A DNA stretch of 20,000 bases from an uncultured virus (IMG/VR IMGVR_UViG_2548877019_000001) (taxonomy: Duplodnaviria; Heunggongvirae; Uroviricota; Caudoviricetes): positions 47,427 through 67,426 of the IMG/VR virus record IMGVR_UViG_2548877019_000001, one strand, 5' to 3'. Below are positions 15,988 through 20,000 of the stretch, piece by piece. A program made the translations under genes and the position numbers. Below the pieces are notes generated by a model, which saw only the letters and a program-made list of their open reading frames with translations, had not been told where the DNA came from and searched no databases. Within the stretch, counting starts at the first letter, position 1, and every line of letters starts with the position of its first letter.

Positions 15988-16329
15988 TTATCCCTTACGA
16001 ATACCCTCGACCGTCAGCAAAGCCGCTAATTCCCCGCGAAATTCCCGTATAATTCGTGCGAGCTCTTCCAGCGTCTTGGCGTCCGATAATTTAATCCGCC
16101 GATCCATGACGAACATGATTGCGCGGTCAATCGATGAGAAGTACGCGACCTCCCGCCAACGTGCGATTGGTGACGGATCAAGGTCGGGATTTTCGGCAAG
16201 CCGCTTCGGCCAGTTCGGCGCTTTCGTTGGATCGGTGAAATAGCGTTCATTGACGATGATATTGCGTTCGTCTGACGTGAGTTTGTAATCGGGGGATAGC
16301 GTGATGTTAATCGTCATGAGTTTCGTCAT
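15988..16329 (-). CDS. Hypothetical phage protein
   Basis: AAGGAG RBS; YKLTSDERNIIV...AYFSSID pattern. Confidence 0.78.
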   Translation of the reverse strand: MTKLMTINITLSPDYKLTSDERNIIVNERYFTDPTKAPNWPKRLAENPDLDPSPIARWREVAYFSSIDRAIMFVMDRRIKLSDAKTLEELARIIREFRGELAALLTVEGIRKG

Positions 16330-16645
16330 CTCCTTCGTTGATAAATTGATTGAGAAAGTCGCGAATAGGTCGCATCGGAACTTCGCTCAGTCCGAACGCA
16401 CCACCGAACAGCACCGAGTTTATTTTCTGCCCGTGATTCCGCATTAGCTTTCCGATACCAAACTCCGGACTGCACGGGCATTTCGGGTCACTACAGTACC
16501 TAAAGTCGTTAATATATTGCGTAGCGTGTACGATTAGCTCTAAGAAGATAATACGCAGCTCATCCTTATCAGGTCCGTCGTATCCGCACATAAATTCGTT
16601 TTGATAAATTTCGATCATACCCTTGAGAATCGTCTTATCGTTCAT
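16307..16645 (-). CDS. Hypothetical phage protein (CxxxxCxC)
   Basis: GGAAGGGA RBS; 112-aa ORF in operon direction. Confidence 0.75.
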   Translation of the reverse strand: MNDKTILKGMIEIYQNEFMCGYDGPDKDELRIIFLELIVHATQYINDFRYCSDPKCPCSPEFGIGKLMRNHGQKINSVLFGGAFGLSEVPMRPIRDFLNQFINEGDDETHDD

Positions 16646-16719
16646 ACTTTCGCAATCCCTTCCGTTTATTAATAAGACCTAGCAATCGTTCGCATACGCT
16701 CTCTCTTTGCAGATGTTCC

Positions 16720-16880
16720 TTTATCGCGATATATCTTTTATTAATAATATCCGCGCGAATGTATATGAGCGCTATTATTTATCTAGTTCTTAATGGCTCT
16801 AGTTAAAAGATGGTTCTTGTTAGTGTGTTGTCTAGCCATATATGGCTCAGCCGTGTGTGGTTACTCGTCACGTGGCTCCG
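16720..16880. repeat. Putative phage replication origin: iteron-like repeats plus AT-rich tract
   Basis: TGGYT(C/A) cores recurring at ~15-18 nt spacing at the 3' end of the initiator gene; AT-rich stretch ~16727-16795. Confidence 0.55.
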
Positions 16881-17294
16881 GCAACTCCTCCGTGTCCCCG
16901 TCAAAAATCGCAAGCTGGCTGATCGGCATGATCGTGTATCGCGTGTTTTCCCATCGCTGCGTTTTCGGGTCTCTCGTCTTCTGCTTTACGACTAGCGGAC
17001 GCCCTTGCCAACGATAATCACAAAGAGCCTTAATACGTTTGTTTGCGGCCTCTCTCCGTACATTCAGCGCCTTAGCGATCTGATCCTGCGTCGGGTAACA
17101 TTCCCCTTTTCGTTCATGAACGACGAGAGGACGCATAACGTCTGCCAACGATCGGCTCCGATGTCCGCGATTAGCCCTTTCTTAACAGCATCGACGTACA
17201 TTTTAACGAAGATGCGTGTTTCGGACTTGCCGGAAGTTAGATTATATTCGGACTGCGATTCGACTGAGACGAGTCGTTGATGTTCGTTTGTCAT
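16861..17294 (-). CDS. HTH replication-initiator-like protein split by a -1 frameshift at 17103-17110
   Basis: ORF 17064..17294 (...LCVLSSFMNEKG) joins ORF 16861..17148 (ECYPTQDQIAKALNVRREAANKRIKAL) into one winged-helix domain. Confidence 0.75.
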
Positions 17295-17782
17295 GATCTC
17301 GCCTCATATCTGTCGTAGATTTCATAGGCGATTTCTACTAAGCGCTGACCGTAACCGTCTTTTAAATATGTGCTTAATTTTGAAGGACCTCCCTGTATCC
17401 CTTTCGTTGTGCTTCTTTTGACGTTTTTAGGATCTACGCCTGTTTCTTGACGAAGCTTTTCGTACAGCTCGCCCCATACCTTTCTTCTACTAAGACCGAA
17501 TAAAGTCTCTGCGCGAAACATTACTTGTGAAATCTCTCGATGAAGAGCCTTCCCTGTCAATTTTGACGAACGGCATAGACGAGTATCAGATTGCGGTTTA
17601 TCTACGGCGTTCTTGACATCGGCCAGCGTGCGTTGTTTCTTTGGTTCCGGCAATGCCGCATTTTCTTCGCCGCCCAACAACTTCTCAGCGAATCGAGGGA
17701 ACATTGCCTTCGCAACTCCTGCGTATTCAGCTCCGAAAATATAAGCTACTCCGCCGTCTTTTACGTTTTTGATTGTCAACAT
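17291..17782 (-). CDS. Hypothetical basic protein, possibly antirepressor-like
   Basis: AAAGGAG RBS; RRKVWGELYEKLRQETGV helix reminiscent of antirepressor C-terminal domains. Confidence 0.7.
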   Translation of the reverse strand: MLTIKNVKDGGVAYIFGAEYAGVAKAMFPRFAEKLLGGEENAALPEPKKQRTLADVKNAVDKPQSDTRLCRSSKLTGKALHREISQVMFRAETLFGLSRRKVWGELYEKLRQETGVDPKNVKRSTTKGIQGGPSKLSTYLKDGYGQRLVEIAYEIYDRYEARS

Positions 17783-17795
17783 TTAAATCGCTCCT

Positions 17796-18644
17796 TTATC
17801 CGTTTATAATGATCGGTTCTTTTTCGTCCATAGCACCTTGAATCGATCTCATAAGCGTCTGCATCGCATGAATCGCTTTCCTATATTCTTCTTTGCCTTC
17901 GTCAATCATTTCGCTAAACTCCCGAGAGAAATGCGTCAAATGACCGTACTTTTCCACAAACTTACGAACATCTTCGGAAAACTCGTATACGGTATACGTG
18001 ATCGCGTCTCCGTTAGTCACGCGAGTTGTCCGCCCTTCATACATCGAAATGTCACCGAACAATTCTTTATATCGTTCATTTTCAGCGAGCAGTTCCGGAT
18101 CGGGCGTTTTAACTTCGACGTATTCCGTCCGAATTTCCGGTTCGGCTTCTTCAGCCCGTTCGAGTTTGTCGCGCAATAGATCCGCCTCCTGCTCCGCTTG
18201 CTTAAGCGCTGCCTCTGCCGCCTCTTTCTCCGCCAATAGTTCCCGGTACTCCTTTAGCGTTTTAACTTCGCCATTTAGGACCGCTTGTTTAGCTTGGCGC
18301 TTAGGTTCGGTTGACTCTGCGGATGGGCGTGCGATTTCGTACGTTAATGAGACGGGGAGGTCTTCGAGAAGTTTTTGGTCTTCGCAATTTGCGATTAGCT
18401 CAAACCTGTTTATAAGCCTGTAGACCAAATCCTTCTTTAGACCAATAGTGGAGCACCATTTATCAAACATGCCGTCATATTGATTACTTCCGGCAAGCCG
18501 ATCTCTCGCCTCTTTCAACTCCCGTCCTAAATCCGTATACGCTTTTCCGACAATTTCTCGCATTTTATTTTCTTTATTTCTGAGAAATTTCGCTGTATTC
18601 TCGTCTAGTTGCTCATAACTGAACGTCTTAACTTCATTTGTCAT
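17796..18644 (-). CDS. DUF3102-like phage protein with coiled coil
   Basis: AAGGAGG RBS; LGRELKEARDRL...GMFDKWCSTIGL...VYRLI. Confidence 0.7.
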   Translation of the reverse strand: MTNEVKTFSYEQLDENTAKFLRNKENKMREIVGKAYTDLGRELKEARDRLAGSNQYDGMFDKWCSTIGLKKDLVYRLINRFELIANCEDQKLLEDLPVSLTYEIARPSAESTEPKRQAKQAVLNGEVKTLKEYRELLAEKEAAEAALKQAEQEADLLRDKLERAEEAEPEIRTEYVEVKTPDPELLAENERYKELFGDISMYEGRTTRVTNGDAITYTVYEFSEDVRKFVEKYGHLTHFSREFSEMIDEGKEEYRKAIHAMQTLMRSIQGAMDEKEPIIING

Positions 18645-18657
18645 TCGAAAACCTCCT

Positions 18658-18697
18658 TACACTTTATAACACGTAGGTAGCATTCGTTTTTGCGACA
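18658..18697 (-). promoter_or_regulatory. Repeated phage promoter-like motif, copy 2 (head of early/replication operon)
   Basis: TGTCGCAAAAAC-N8-CCTACGTGTTATAAAGTGTA; a degenerate copy with the same spacing lies at 18728-18760. Confidence 0.7.
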
Positions 18698-18831
18698 CTC
18701 GATTCGAACTTTTTCCTCCTTCATTAACATAACCCCACAAGCGTGCTCTTTTTTGGGACATCAATATCGAAAATTTTTCCGCGTTCAATAATAGATGCGT
18801 ATGTAAATTCGACTTGGCACCGTTTTTAGAC

Positions 18832-18864
18832 AAAAAAATAACCCCGCCTTAAAAGACGAGGTTA
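18832..18864 (-). terminator. Intrinsic terminator after integrase
   Basis: TAACCTCGTCT-TTTA-AGGCGGGGTTA stem (with G-U pairs) followed by T7. Confidence 0.85.
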
Positions 18865-19821
18865 AAACAATTTCTCTACGGGGCTGAATTTCTTGTGGGC
18901 GTCCATAACATCACTGCTGAATAAATTAACGTAATTCCGAACCATATCTAGACTCGTGTGCCCCAAAACGGCCTGAAGCGCAAAGACGTCGGCTCCATTT
19001 TGGACAGACATTTTCGCAAAGGTGTGCCGGAAGGTGTGGGGTGAGCATCTAACGTTTTTAATATTTGCCTTTCGTCCATACTTTCTTAAACGGTTTTGTA
19101 CCTGGCGGATTGTCAATGGAGTATTATCTATCGTAACGAACAAAGCCTCGTTCGGTACGTCTCCGCGTATTTGTACGTACTTCCTTAATTGGCGTTTCAT
19201 CGTCGCTTGTATCGGTACAAGGCGCTCTTTATAGCCCTTCCCATCAATCCTTATTTGCGAATCTTCCCACCGAATATCCTTAACGCAAATATCCGTCAAC
19301 TCCCGAACCCGTACACCGGTTTCAATAAGTAAGAGCATGATCGTATAATCGCGAAAACCAGTAAACGTCCCTAAGTCCGGCTGTCTCAGTAAGTCCTTTA
19401 ATTGGTCGCGTGAGAACGTTTCTACAACTTCCTTCTTCTGCTTCAAGAGCGAAAGTTCCCGTACCGGGTTTTCGTAAATTTGGCGATCTTTTTCGAGGAA
19501 ATTAAAGAACGCCCGAATCGCCCGTAGCCGCGTATTAATCGACGTCTCTTTTCGATTTAACGTTTCCATCATGTAGACAATAACGTTTTCCTTAATAATT
19601 TTCAGCGTCATATCGCCGGGCTTTGTCGAAATTCCCTGCCGTTCAAGCATCGTACGAAATGCGAGTAATTCATCGCGATAATACTTAACGGTATGTTTCG
19701 ATAAATTCTTCAGCTTACATTCTCGTATAAACGAATTAAACGCCGTCTCAAAATCCGTCAATTCAATTTCGGGCTTGTCCGTTGCTTGATCGGTTATTAA
19801 CTTATTTGACCGTCGTGCCAT
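18862..19821 (-). CDS. int: Tyrosine recombinase/integrase
   Basis: GGAGGTG RBS before ATG 19821; TGVRVRE, GKGYKER, HTFRH, LGH, RNY catalytic residues. Confidence 0.95.
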   Translation of the reverse strand: MARRSNKLITDQATDKPEIELTDFETAFNSFIRECKLKNLSKHTVKYYRDELLAFRTMLERQGISTKPGDMTLKIIKENVIVYMMETLNRKETSINTRLRAIRAFFNFLEKDRQIYENPVRELSLLKQKKEVVETFSRDQLKDLLRQPDLGTFTGFRDYTIMLLLIETGVRVRELTDICVKDIRWEDSQIRIDGKGYKERLVPIQATMKRQLRKYVQIRGDVPNEALFVTIDNTPLTIRQVQNRLRKYGRKANIKNVRCSPHTFRHTFAKMSVQNGADVFALQAVLGHTSLDMVRNYVNLFSSDVMDAHKKFSPVEKLF

Positions 19822-19882
19822 CGCTACACCTCCGAATTTTATTCGTCGGCGACAAAACAACGGAATCTTACGCATATAACGC

Positions 19883-19914
19883 AAAAAGAGCGGCCTACAA
19901 AACGTAGATCGCCC
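19883..19914 (-). terminator. Putative terminator between tRNA fragment and integrase
   Basis: GGGCGATCTAC-GTTTT-GTAGGCCGCTC (one mismatch) followed by T5. Confidence 0.6.
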
Positions 19915-19952
19915 GTCATATTAGCGTTTATGTCATCGGAATGGTAAACCGC

Positions 19953-19992
19953 ATTTTGAGTCGTGCGCGTCTGCCAATTCCGCCACACCGGC
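19953..19992 (-). tRNA. 5' half of tRNA-Leu(CAA), truncated just after the anticodon loop (prophage attachment junction)
   Basis: GCCGGTGTGGCGGAATTGGCAGACGCGCACGA-CTCAAAA-T; the following GCGG cannot complete the anticodon stem; no T-arm GTTC follows. Confidence 0.88.
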
Positions 19993-20000
19993 ATGTGTGT

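Larger units (their letters stand above)
1..19952 (-). mobile_element. Temperate prophage (integration, lysogeny-control and replication modules); continues beyond left edge
   Basis: Tyrosine integrase next to a truncated tRNA, Xre genes, arbitrium-like pair, primase/helicase/loader/PolA and many small, translationally coupled ORFs. Confidence 0.95.

Noticed and set aside
16790..16880. CRISPR-like or mini array
   Set aside because: Units are degenerate 15-18 nt tandem repeats with no unique spacers and no cas genes
9555..19234. Many + strand and nested ORFs (e.g. 10094..10357, 13707..14297, 17998..18423, 19022..19234)
   Set aside because: Antisense or alternate frames of well-supported coupled genes, with no recognisable motifs
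19920..19992. Group I intron in tRNA-Leu
   Set aside because: An integrase gene follows within ~130 nt and no intron core elements are recognisable; an att junction is simpler

Overview
Almost the whole window is the early/replication arm of a temperate prophage, most likely from a Bacillus subtilis-group host (inferred from the tRNA sequence, RBSs and gene content). Nearly all genes are on the minus strand. From the right end: the 5' half of a tRNA-Leu(CAA) cut at the anticodon loop (attachment junction), a tyrosine integrase, early genes, a frameshifted HTH replication initiator followed by iteron-like repeats, small hypothetical genes, DnaC-like loader, SLOG protein, DnaB-like helicase and primase. 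Next come two divergent Xre-type HTH genes and an arbitrium-type module (AimR-like receptor plus AimP-like pro-peptide ending GIKVGG), with a sigma-factor-like gene in the aimX position. Then an SSB-like gene, a PD-(D/E)XK nuclease, an AT-rich mosaic of foreign fragments (including an ISL3 transposase tail fused to a phage gene), and a family A DNA polymerase running off the left edge. The most notable signals are the arbitrium-to-sigma-like switch with a repeated promoter motif, the unrestored split tRNA, the A_AAG_GGG frameshift in the initiator, and the fragment mosaic. Family assignments come from motif recognition by eye, not database searches.
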